From the NCBI GenBank assembly GCA_964016885.1, contig OZ024743.1:251658001-251722000 (forward strand): 64,000 nt of DNA, given 5' to 3'. The DNA is from Eledone cirrhosa. Taxonomy: Eukaryota. The position numbers were made by a program, and so were the translations under genes. Under the pieces are notes generated by a model. The model was not told where the DNA came from and did not search any database. It saw only the letters and a program-made list of their open reading frames with translations. Positions 1-11,631 of the stretch are shown piece by piece; within the stretch, counting starts at the first letter, position 1; every line of letters begins with the position of its first letter.

Positions 1-28
1 TTTTAGTTTTAAACTGGTTCTATCTCGA

Positions 29-60
<32 letters not shown>

Positions 61-69
<9 letters not shown>

Positions 70-203
70 TTTACATAGATCTATATGATATACATACCAA
101 CACACATATGTATCCTAGAAACGATCGTAAAATGATGAATTTTTTAATATAAGGAACTTGTTCTTTGTTTTTATTCATTGTTTTTATTAATTTATATATA
201 TAT
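61..203 (+). mobile_element. 3' end of a PLE pseudo-LTR, same family as 8940-9990, carrying the 3' half of a hammerhead
   Basis: ACATAGATCTATA...TCCTAGAAACGATCGTAAAATGATGAATTTTTTAATATAAGGAAC matches 9866-9990. GAAA-CGATCG-TA-AAATGATG lies at 118-137. The segment ends in (TA)n. Confidence 0.75.
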
Positions 204-210
204 ATATGAG

Positions 211-426
211 TATATTATACTTTGAGGGGGTCATGTTGCCAATAAATACACATGCACGTGTTGGTTTTCACTTTAATTGATTATAAATTTCTGGTTGGTT
301 GGTTATTTCCATAATCGGAAGGTTGTTTATATATTGTCAAAGCTCTTTCATCCAACATTCTGAAGTGAAAACCAACAGTTGCGTGTGTTTTTATTGGCAA
401 CAGGACCCTCCCAATGTATAACAATA
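211..426. repeat. Imperfect inverted-repeat (MITE-like or fold-back) element
   Basis: GAGGGGGTCATGTTGCCAATAAATACACATGCACGTGTTGGTTTTCACTT (~224-272) is inverted against AAGTGAAAACCAACAGTTGCGTGTGTTTTTATTGGCAACAGGACCCTCCC (~363-412). A related partial copy lies at ~26363-26500. Confidence 0.6.
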
Positions 427-479
427 TGTTTCAACACTCGTTTTCAGATAAGAAATCTCGCTAAACAAATTCAAAAACG

Positions 480-550
<71 letters not shown>

Positions 551-557
<7 letters not shown>

Positions 558-894
558 GTGAGGTTTTTTTACAAAGTGAAAAATAACCGAGGTGTCCTAC
601 GCGAGTGAAAGTATATAGAAAAAAAGATGGAATCGAAAATGCAGCTGGAGTCTTATTTAAAAAAATATATATATATTTATTTGGTTCCTTTACCGGTTTC
701 GCAGTTCTTCTACTTTTCAAAAGTAGAGTTGAGATGGAGGGTCTGTGGTTTTTCTCACATCTCTGTGAGAAAAACCACAGACCCTCCATCTCAACTCTAC
801 TTTTGAAAAGTAGAAGAACTGCGAAACCGGTAAAGGAACCAAATAAATATATATATATTTTTTTAAATAAGACTCCAGTTGCATTTTCGATTTC

Positions 895-900
<6 letters not shown>
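551..900. mobile_element. Fold-back element, short internally deleted copy with ~137-bp near-perfect arms
   Basis: 623-759 is the reverse complement of 764-900 with a TCTC loop. The 551-622 leader and the arms are shared with 23920-25190. Flanked by (TA)n. Confidence 0.85.
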
Positions 901-935
<35 letters not shown>

Positions 936-1450
936 CAAAGGAATTGTGGTAAGGAACCAGATGGACCATAACGCACCAGAGTACTCAATACTTAGGGTAG
1001 TAGAGTGGGAAATAGGTAAATCGAATGAGAGTAGGAGATAAAATAAAAGATACTAGAAATAAATAAAAAAATATATAAAATTAGATAGTGAGAAATGAAT
1101 AAAAAAAATCATAATGCTATCTTACAATTACAAGTTAATAAGTTGAGAATAGAAAAAACTTGTAGAAATTACAAAACTGATACAAAATTAAAGGGGTTAA
1201 ACAGATCTGCTATAAGTAGTTAATAAAACGTATTCGGCCAATTCTATCTTAAAATTACAGGGGTGGGGGAACTGATGCTACAAGGGCCGAGGTAGGCGAA
1301 AGGGGAAAGCAGACGAGAAAGAAAATTGGGGGTGGAAGGAAGTGATAGGATGAGACAGGTGGAAGAAGACAAAGAGGAAAAGAAAAGAGATACATCTACG
1401 TAAGTAAGCTGGGGTTTCCCCTAACTTATTCGGCAAGTATCAGCTCTTGT

Positions 1451-2690
1451 CTACCCACCCGGGTCATTATGGGGTTTGAGGGCGAGGTAAGTCCTACGCA
1501 ATCTGTGTTTGCATGCTGTTACCAGTTCGTCTTTCTTGTTTAGGAGTTGGTCTTTCGAAAACAGCATTTGTAATGTTTCCTCCGAGCATAAGTTACACGG
1601 ACGGCGTCCTCCCGTGTAAGAGTTACCTCTGGACAGTAAGCTCCAAGTGAGATTGTAGGTTATATTATTATCTTGGAGGTCCCAGATGTGGCCCGAAAGT
1701 GTAGTGGCATGTCGCTGGACCGGGTTTCGGAAAGTATGTCGGTGTTGGTAGAACCGGGTCTTGAAGTCACACGCAGTTAATCCTATATAAGCTTTGTTAG
1801 GGGTGTCCGTCCTCACGTTGCACTGGTAAATCACGTTACGTTATCGGCATTTGTGTTGAGGGGGCACGTAGATCTATCAGGGCAGTTACACCTCCTGGTC
1901 GGCTCTCCACTGATGTGTAGGTTATTTCTTCCATAGGGGTTGAGTTTTTTGTTGTTTGAGGAGACGATGTTTTGTGCGAAGTTAGGTGTGGTGCTGTAGG
2001 AGAGTTTGATGGTATTTATTTAAATTATGTTGTTGTAGCGGTGTTGTAGTGGGAAGTGTTTTTCGAGGAGTCTAAAGAAGATTTTCCCGATAGGTGTTGC
2101 CACCTCGGCATTGTGGGGAGGATTGAACCACGTTACGTTGCGTGAGCAGCGGTGTCGCCTGCTGGTTCCGCTAAGGGGAGCTGAATAAAAGGATATTTCC
2201 TTCCGGAAGCCACTCCGCTTGAGGGCCTGGTTGTAATGAGGCGCGTGTTCATCGAATATCTGCTCATTAGCGGACAAACGAGATATGCAGAAGGTGATGT
2301 TTTTAACCAGGTTATTGGTGATGTTTCTAGGATGGTTACAGCGGCGGTGAATGTAGTGCAGGTTGTCGTTTGGTTTCCTGTATGGGTAGTACAGATCATT
2401 TTCGAGGTTACGGGTAAAGTCCAGGAAATTGACTCGGGTTAGGTACGTTTGTAGGGTGATTTTAATTCACCAGTCCCGGTAGAATTTGATTAGTTTTTTA
2501 CGGACCCGGTCTGTACTACTGGGGTTGTACCCTTTGAGGGTGAGGAGCCCATCATCCCGGCATAATGCACCGCCGAATGCAGGAAACATTTCTGTGAGTT
2601 TAAATAGTAGGAATAATCCTATAAGATCTGTGACCTCGGCCGAATCCGTCGCGCCCATACTGACTTTGTTTTGCATTGTTTTTGATATGA
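1451..2690 (-). pseudogene. Penelope-like element 1, 5'-truncated and frameshifted (C-terminal RT + GIY-YIG endonuclease)
   Basis: ORF pieces read MGATDSAEVTDLIGLFLL...LCRDDGL (RT), YNQALKRSGF...VTWFNPP, and IYQC...AYIGLT...FKTRF..H...CNLC..E...LLNKKDELVTACKHR (GIY-YIG plus CCHH). The 3' UTR extends to ~935. Confidence 0.9.
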
Positions 2691-2707
2691 AATCGTGTTA
2701 TCGAAAC

Positions 2708-2865
2708 AAATATTGTTATACTTGGGGAGCGTCATCATCATCATCATTTTGTTATAATATTGCCAGAAATAATAACAGAACCAACCCAAACCAAACAGTG
2801 AGTGTGTTCTGTTATTATTTCTGGCAATATTATAACAATAGACCCTCCCTAAGTATAACAATATA
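2708..2865. repeat. Inverted repeat at the junction of PLE1 and the C-rich region
   Basis: 33-bp perfect arms TTGTTATAATATTGCCAGAAATAATAACAGAAC / GTTCTGTTATTATTTCTGGCAATATTATAACAA, plus outer arms TATTGTTATACTTGGGGAGCGTC / GACCCTCCCTAAGTATAACAATA. Confidence 0.8.
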
Positions 2866-4579
2866 TATATACAATGCCACGGAACACCCGCCAATCGCCT
2901 TAGAGTCGAACAAAGAACTATCTTCATCTTACAGACCCACACTCCCCCCGGCCTGAACTCCCCACCCTTATTCCTTTAGCCTTCGACCGCCCCCCCTCCC
3001 CCCACACTTATCCCCGCTAACACCACTAACACACCCCTCCTTTTCACCGCCCACCCCACAACTAACAATACTAACACCTCCACTCCACCCCTCATCCGAC
3101 CACCCTTCCCCAACTAACATACTAACATCCCTCCCTTCTTCTCCTCCCACTCCTTATCACACGCACACACCCACCGGCACATATATACACGCGCTTACAC
3201 TAAACACACACCCTACTACCACCACTAACCCTCACCCCCACACCTCCATCCCACCACCCCGCAACTAACCTCACACGACCCCAAGCACACGAACACACGC
3301 ACCCACTTACACCACCCACCCCACACGCAACTAACATCACTAACACCCCCCAACCCCACGCACACGTACCCACACACCCTCGTACACCACCAACTCTATA
3401 CACCCTACCACCACTAACCCCCACTCACACCTCCATTCAACCCTTTCCCCACCTCCCGTATACTAACACCCACTAACACCGCCTTCTTCAAACTACACAC
3501 ACACCAGTACACCACACTCCTTCCATAGAACTACACACACCCTTCTCTCCCCGCTCCACCCACACCCTCGCTCCACACTCACTCATCCCACTAACACCTC
3601 TACTAATACACACACACACCCTCCTCACTCTAACTTTCACACATACCCATCTTCGCCCCTTTACCATTCCACCCGACTGCTGCTATGCCCTCTGACCAGC
3701 TGCCAGCACAAACGGACACACAGCACTCCCACCTCTTGACCACTTCCTGTTGCGCGCGCACCCCACATCTCTCCTCTTCCGACCATCTCTTCATGGAATA
3801 CTCGTATGTGGAACTTGACCACCACGGAATCTACTAAACATCATAGGAATTTACCAACATTTCAACCATCCTCTTACGGAATCACCTATATAACTCACCC
3901 ACACACACACCCAAAACATTTTTTTCTCCCACACGCCACCTACACCCACAACACGCTTAAACCCCACACACACATGCTTTCCACCACATATTTACACCCT
4001 CAGCCTCCTGATTCCTCTCGCCCCACCCCTCTATCCACACACGCACACACACTCCGACCTACAACTCCCCCCACACACACACCTCTTCCTGAACATGCAA
4101 CCCCGTTCTTCCCCCAACCCTTACTTTCACATACACACACACACACACACACACGTACACCTACACACACACACCACCTTCAGCCCTCCCCGCTCGGACA
4201 CCCCGTTTCCCTCTCCCCACTCCACCCGCCACCACCACTACACATTCACACCCTTCCACCACCTGTTTTACCCCTTTTTAATTTCAGTTTATTTTGATCA
4301 TGCTTTTATATTTATTTTTATTTCATTCCTTTTATTTTGATCATGCTTTATTTTTATTTTTATTTTTATTTTTAATTTCATTCGCACCGTTTCCTTTCGC
4401 TATATGTCTCTCCACCACTCCCCTACACACCCTTTGAACTCTGTTCCCACACACTTCTCACCTGAGGAAGGGCTTATGCCCGAAACGTCGTTCCCCACCA
4501 CCACCCCACTCTCCAGAGCGTGAAATTAATAAACATTCGTTGTACTGCCTCTCTGTTTTGTTCCTGTTCAATTTTTTCC

Positions 4580-4583
<4 letters not shown>
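2866..4583 (+). repeat. C/A-rich low-complexity region ending in a hammerhead-like core and AATAAA; probable PLE 3' UTR or pseudo-LTR
   Basis: Extreme C skew with recurrent CCACTAAC/CAACTAAC motifs. CTGAGGA-AGGGCTTATGCCC-GAAACGTC at 4462-4489, AATAAA at ~4528, then (TA)n. Confidence 0.5.
4455..4492 (+). ncRNA. Minimal hammerhead ribozyme-like motif with weak stem I
   Basis: CUGAGGA core, stem II GGGC/GCCC with a UUAU loop, and GAAAC-GUC. Only ~2 bp of stem I pairing is visible. Confidence 0.45.
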
Positions 4584-4619
<36 letters not shown>

Positions 4620-4623
<4 letters not shown>

Positions 4624-5735
4624 GATAAATCTACCAAAAGTTTACGGTAGTGTCCAATCCGTATGAAGAACTCAATGTAATCTGGATATCATGAAAAGAT
4701 AAGATGCATTCAAAAACTACTTTCGGTGAAAAATAAACGGAAAACAGAGTCAAGATAAATTAATAAAATAATGAATAAACAAAGAAACAGTTCCTTATAT
4801 TAAAAAAATTCATCATTTTACGATCGTTTCTAGGATATATATGTGTTAGAGTTGGTATGCATATTCTATAGATCTATGTACAATATTTATACAAACTATC
4901 AGAGGGAATATACATACCTACACATATATATGCTGTCTTCAGAAATAATGATATTTGTTTATTGAAAAAAACAAAGATTCAATACAATAGGTCTGTTTGG
5001 GAACAGGTTTTGAATTGACCAATAGAGAGATAGTGAGGGTCAGGATAGTAATATAGTAGTAGAAGAACCTTAAATTATGGGTAGAGGAAGGTAGATTTCA
5101 GTTTTGGATGGAAAAGAATATTATGAATGAAGGATTATTTTAGGGAAGAAATAGGTCTTATGCTGACCTCAGAAATAATTTTATTTGTTCATTGAATAAA
5201 ACCAACAAAGATCTAATATATTCTGTCTGTATGGTAAGAGGTTTAGAATTAACCAATAGAAAGTTAATAATTGGCCAAATGGTAAAATAGTAGTAATTGA
5301 AGCTTATTTTAGGGGTGAAAATAGGTCAGGTGGTCAGTAAAAGGTATACAAGCAGTTGCTGTTATAAAATAGTAATGCCAATACAAACATCTAAGGTGAC
5401 TAAAGTTTTAAGATAAGAATGTTAGTGAAAGAAATACATCTATGAAAAGAATATAAATTAATTTAATTGATGGGTATAATTTATATTGATAAAATTATAC
5501 TAATACATATAGATATGATAAATAAGAGTTAGATGCAGTTGAAAAGTGCTGTTAAAGATGAGGGGAAATTAAAAGAATATAAAAATAATATATATATATA
5601 TATATATATACTTATATATATATATATATACACATATATATACACATACACACATATATATACATACATACATACACATATACATACACTTACATATACA
5701 TATGTATACACATACACACACACACATACATGCAT
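4620..5735 (-). mobile_element. Inverted pseudo-LTR plus start of the 5' leader of PLE2
   Basis: 4755-5735 is the reverse complement of ~8940-9990, minus a 75-bp insert. 4620-4716 is the reverse complement of 5736-5832. Confidence 0.9.
4810..4951 (-). ncRNA. Type I hammerhead ribozyme with ~105-nt stem II (left pLTR copy)
   Basis: Minus strand reads UCAUUAUUU-CUGAAGA-[long hairpin]-GAAA-CGAUCG-UA-AAAUGAUGA. Stem I has 9 bp including one G-U, and stem III is palindromic. Confidence 0.7.
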
Positions 5736-5978
5736 TTTTTGAATGCATCTTCTCTTTTCATGATATCCGGATTACATTGAGTTCTTCATACGGATTGGAC
5801 ACTACTGTAAACTTTTGGTAGATTTATCTACATCCTTTGCTCCTATTTTCATGGGGATATTCTTAATTTTATATTGTATGTGTATATATATTTATATATA
5901 TATACATATATGTGTATAATTTTATAACTCCATATACAAATAGTTGAGCTCTTTTTCTTGTCCATTATCCATATCACA

Positions 5979-8432
5979 ATGGAAAAACAATACTTGGGAA
6001 CTTCTTTAAAGAATATACCATTACCTTCTAAGGATGATTTCTTACTTCTTATGATACAAAAAACCAACCAATTTATCAGAAGAATCAGATGGAGGGCCTA
6101 CCACTTCGATAAAAAAACAAAATGTACTGATAGGAAATATTTGTATGATTTCATAACATATAAAAATCCACCACACAACTCCTTACTTGAAAACTTTGAG
6201 AAAGACCTTTTTAATTTAATCAAACACCTCAAAATTAAGAGGTATAAATCTAATTTTCAAAAGGACCTTGATTCTACCCTATTGGACCTAAAAAAATCTA
6301 AAAAAATCCATGTCCACTCGGACAAAACTGGAATTCTATATCACATGGATATTGAAAATTACAATGAGTTCATATATAAAGAACTCAGGAAAAATTATGG
6401 AAAAACAAATAATGCGTCACTTACCAACATCAACAACAAAACACACAGCATAGTGAATAGACTTAATATTGAAGATAGAACTGAACCTTTGGCATTGAAA
6501 AAACCACACTTCAACCTGAAAGATCATAAATCTAACTTTAACTCTAATCCTTCTATAAGGCTTATATGCCCTTCCAAATCTTATATTGGAATAATTAGTA
6601 AACAAATTTTAGATAGAGTCATCCCACAACTAAGAAAACATGTTAATTTACCACTCTGGGAAAACACATCCCAGGTAATTAACTGGTTTAATAATATTAG
6701 AAATAAATCCTCTGCTTCATTTCTACAATTTGATATAGATAATTATTCTTCTTCTATATCACCTATACTCCTGAACAAAGCCTTGATATTTGCTAAAAAT
6801 AGATCTAACTTAACTTTGGATGACATTAATATTATTACACATGCTAGACTATCACTATTGGAATTTCAGAATGAATACTGGACCAGAAACACATATAGTA
6901 ATCTATTCGATATTACTATGGGCTCAAGCGATTCTGCCCAAATTACTGATCTTGTGGGTCTCTTTCTTCCTTTTAACATAAATGCTTCTTTTCCCCACCT
7001 TAAAGGTGGTTTATATCGTGACGACTGTCTTCTTCTTTCCAATAACCTTAGCCTCTCAGAGATAGAAAAAAATAAAAAGCTTATTAGAACTTTCCTCAAA
7101 GACTATTATAGTCTAGATATTACATTTGAAAACACAAGTAAAGTAGTTAATTTCCTAGATATAACATTAGACTTATCTACGGGTATCTACCAACCTTACC
7201 ATAAACCCAACCAAAATTTACACTACATACACTCACAATCTAATCACCCTAAATCTATCCTTAAAAACCTTGCATATAATATATCACTTAGAATTTCTAA
7301 CCTTTCGTCTAACCAAGATGTATTTGATAAAAATGCGACATTTTATAACGAAGCTCTAGCTAGAAGTGGCCACAAAAATAGATTGGAATATATACCTTCT
7401 ACCAATAACACTACAAACATACAACCTAATATTACCAACAAACACCAAATGAAATATACACACCTAAATGCCACTCACACTATACCCCAAAACACCAACA
7501 TAAAACCAAATTTCTCTAACTCTTCTAATATACAGTATAGTAACTCTCAAAAAACTACTCATCCTACAACTCTAATAAATGTTAATAATAATACTCCTAA
7601 TAAACAAGCTAAAACACCTAAATCAATAATTCTAACTAAAAATGTGGGTGGTGAGGTTATTAACAATAATTCTCTTAATAAACATCAGGATGCATCCTAC
7701 AAAAACAATAAACAACATCGAAACCGTAATAGACGAGTGACTTGGTACAATGCTCCATTTAATTTACAAATTAAGGATAATATACCTAAAAAATTCTTTA
7801 ATATCCTAGAGAAAAACTTCCCGCCAAACCACAAATACCATCAAATCTTAAATAGATCAACGGTTAAATTCTCCTACTCAACAACCAAAAACATAAAACA
7901 AAAAATAAGTGCCTATAATGCATATAAATGTAAAAAAACCAATAGTATACCACCAGTACATCAAACTAACCATAATATCTCCTCAGATACAGGATTCACG
8001 AAAAGTTGTAACTGTAGAAACAAGGCAAACTGTCCATTAAAATGAAATTGCCTTGTTAATAACATAGTATATAAATGTAAAGTTAACAATAAGGACTCAA
8101 TTTATTCATATATAGGAGCTACCTCTAACAAATTTAAGGTAAGATTTAATACCCACAAACATAGTTTAAAAAATGCCGCACTAGCTAATACAACATCTCT
8201 AGCTGAAATAATAAATAGTTATAGAAAGAGGAATATAGAATATGACCTGACCTGGAGTGTGCTCAAAAGGGCCACCCCTTATCAAAATAGTAGAAATGAA
8301 TGTAGATTGTGTTCCCAAGAACTTTTTGAAATAATGAAATCTAAGGATATCCTATTAAATAAGCGACAGGAATTAATAATATCGTGTAATCATAAACTGA
8401 GAAAAACCTTTAAATATTATAAACCTAATTAA
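5979..8432 (+). mobile_element. Penelope-like element 2 ORF (Naiad-like RT + GIY-YIG), intact except one in-frame TGA at 8043-8045
   Basis: Motifs SLKNIP, IRRIRWRAYHF, SDKT, LKDHK..F.SNPSIRLICPSKS.IG, FDI, MGSSDSAQITDLVGL, LYRDD, FLDI, HSQSNHP, VTWYNAPF and CNCRNKANCPLK. The same frame continues after TGA as NCLVNNIVYKCKV...YIGAT...FKVRFNTHKHS...CRLC...LLNKRQELIISCNHK to TAA at 8432. Confidence 0.95.
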
Positions 8433-8637
8433 TATACACTTTAGAAATTAATTTATAAATTATTTTTAATTTAGTTAACCTATTATTAATATTCTACTAC
8501 TGATGAACTACATAATTCTGCTTTAAAAATTATACACCTAATTAATATACACTTTAGAAATTAATATATAAACTATTTTTAATTTAGTTAACCTATAATT
8601 AATATTCTACTACTGATGAACTACATAATTTTGCTTT
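8423..8637 (+). repeat. ~110-bp direct duplication immediately after the PLE2 stop
   Basis: ACCTAATTAATATACACTTTAGAAATTAAT...TTCTACTACTGATGAACTACATAATT occurs at ~8423 and ~8536. Confidence 0.8.
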
Positions 8638-8881
8638 CCTTCTTACAAATATCATTTCCTAAAACAGATACCATTAAGTAAACATATATAATGCTTTAAC
8701 TTCAGGTTATGACTCTATGTTCCTTGAAAACTATATATATTTACTATTTCTCACTAATAAATGTAATCCCCCCCCCCAATAATTATATGTATATATAAGT
8801 GTATATGTGTGTGTATGTGTATGTGTATGTATGTATATATGCAAGTATATATCTATGTATATATATATATATATATGTATA

Positions 8882-8926
<45 letters not shown>

Positions 8927-9023
8927 ATGTGTGTGTGTGTATGTGTATACATATGTATATATATATGTATATGTAAGTGTATGTATATGTGTATGTATCT
9001 ATATATATGTGTGTATGTGTATA

Positions 9024-9057
<34 letters not shown>

Positions 9058-9721
9058 AGTATATATATATATATATATATATTACTTTTATATTCTTTTA
9101 ATTTCCCCTCATCTTTAACAGCACTTTTCAACTGCATCTAACTCTTATTTATCATATCTATATGTATTAGTATAATTTTATCAATATAAATTATACCCAT
9201 CAATTAAATTAATTTATATTCTTTTCATAGATGTATTTTTTTCACTAACATTCTTATCTTAAAACTTTAGTCACCTTAGATATTTGTATTGGCATTACTA
9301 TTTTATAACAGCAACTGCTTGTATACCTTTTACTGACCACCTGACCTATTTTCACCCCTAAAATAAGCTTCAATTACTACTATTTTACCATTTGGCCAAT
9401 TATTAACTTTCTATTGGTTAATTCTAAACCTCTTACTATACAGACAGAATATATTACATCTTTGTTGGTTTTATTCAATGAACAAATAAAATTATTTCTG
9501 AGGTCAGCATAAGACCTATTTCTTCCCTAAAATAATCCTTCATTCATAATATTATTTTCCATCCAAAACTGAAATCTACCTTCCTCTACCCATAATTTAA
9601 GGTTCTTCTACTACTATATTACTATCCTGACCCTCACTATCTCTCTATTGGTCAATTCAAAACCTGTTCCCAAACAGACCTATTGTATTGAATCTTTGTT
9701 TTTTTTCAATAAACAAATATC

Positions 9722-9796
9722 TCCTTACGGGGTCGATAAAATAAAGTACCAGTAATGCACTGGGTAATTGCTGGCCTTGTGCCTAAAGTAGAAACA
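9722..9796 (+). mobile_element. 5'-truncated SINE 3' fragment inserted in the right pLTR
   Basis: TCCTTACGGGGTCGATAAAATAAAGTACCAGTAATGCACTGGG...GTAGAAACA is absent from the left pLTR copy. It matches the SINE at 35880-36070 and 34640-34760. Confidence 0.85.
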
Positions 9797-9934
9797 ATTA
9801 TTTCTGAAGACAGCATATATATGTGTAGGTATGTATATTCCCTCTGATAGTTTGTATAAATATTGTACATAGATCTATAGAATATGCATACCAACTCTAA
9901 CACATATATATCCTAGAAACGATCGTAAAATGAT
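9797..9934 (+). ncRNA. Type I hammerhead ribozyme with long stem II (right pLTR copy)
   Basis: ATTATTT-CTGAAGA (9804-9810)...GAAA (9916-9919)-CGATCG-TA-AAATGAT. Stem II pairs ATATATATGTGT/ACACATATATAT and GGTATGTATATTC/GAATATGCATACC. Confidence 0.7.
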
Positions 9935-10441
9935 GAATTTTTTTAATATAAAGAACTGTTTCTTTGTTTATTCATTATTTTATTAATTTATATATATATA
10001 TACACACACACACATATTTATACATATATAGATGTATATCTATATATGTGTGCACAGACATTCATACTCATCTACATAAAAACAATACAAAAAATTCACA
10101 TATACACATACCCATACATTGATGCACACACACACATTCATGTGTATATACATGCAGAAAAAACAAAAAAATCACAGACAAACACATGCATACAAATGTG
10201 CACCTACCAAGTTCACCTTATCTGCACACACAACCAAACCCATGATACACCTGGACCCTCTACTTCGGGCACCAACGTAATCAACTTTTACCGAACTCTG
10301 TCATGCCTACCTGTTTCTCTCTTTCCAAACTCTCCATTTCCTGCTGAAGGACTTCTGTCAAAAGTGGCGAACCCTCCTCTTCTTCCTCCATAGCTTAATC
10401 GTATGGGTTTTTGCATCCCTGTGTTTGTGTTATTTCTTCTA

Positions 10442-10614
<173 letters not shown>

Positions 10615-10861
10615 CTAATTAAAACAACATCAGAAAGCTGAACTGGAAAATTTACTATAGAATTTAAATTCAGCGAGATTGCTATGCATATTTCGATGGT
10701 CCAGCTCTATCATCCGATTATGATGCAAGAAAAGGTGATTTCATCAGGTGTTACTTGCAGAATTCAGAATTATGTAACAGGAATACATTGAAACCAAACA
10801 TAGGAGATACAGAAAATATAGATGATAGAAAATAGAAAATTCGATTTGGAGACAGCCTGCA

Positions 10862-10978
<117 letters not shown>

Positions 10979-11285
10979 ATTTTTAATTACTGAGTTGCTT
11001 ATACGTAAGGGTTGTGTAGTGACGTCTCATTGATAAACACATGTAAGCAGGTAAAATCACTCCACATCACTCGTATCTCAAAAAGCACAAAGATGGCGAT
11101 CAAATGGTGACAAAATTTCATTGTATGAAATTAACATAATCGTAATCATTGTCACTTGTGTAACATCATAACAACTGTGTTAACATCTGATGATGTGACA
11201 CAAGTGCTGGTTGGTGTTTTAATAATCGTATAACAGCTCCACACTGGTGTCATCAAAATACATATCCAATATATATGATTATGTA

Positions 11286-11346
<61 letters not shown>

Positions 11347-11501
11347 TATACATTCATGTACACACACATATATATATACACACATTTATATATATATATA
11401 TGTAAAATTTATATATATATGTATATTTATATATATATATGCGTGTGTGTATGTGTGTGTGTATATATATATGTGTGTGTATGTGTCTGTGTTTGTGTAT
11501 A

Positions 11502-11549
<48 letters not shown>

Positions 11550-11594
11550 TGTGTTTGTGTATATGTGTGTGTGCGTGCGCGTGTGTGTGTATGA

Positions 11595-11629
<35 letters not shown>

Positions 11630-11631
11630 TA

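Larger units (their letters stand above)
8940..9990 (+). mobile_element. 3' pseudo-LTR of PLE2
   Basis: Near-identical inverted copy at 4755-5735. Contains a hammerhead and ends in (TA)n. Confidence 0.85.

Noticed and set aside
8495-8635. Two CTGATGA motifs after the PLE2 stop as hammerheads or SECIS
   Set aside because: No properly placed GAAA and stems, and no SECIS helix is evident.
11185-11265. CTGATGA followed by hairpin GTGACAC...GTGTCAT as a hammerhead
   Set aside because: GAAA core and stem I are missing. At best a decayed relic.
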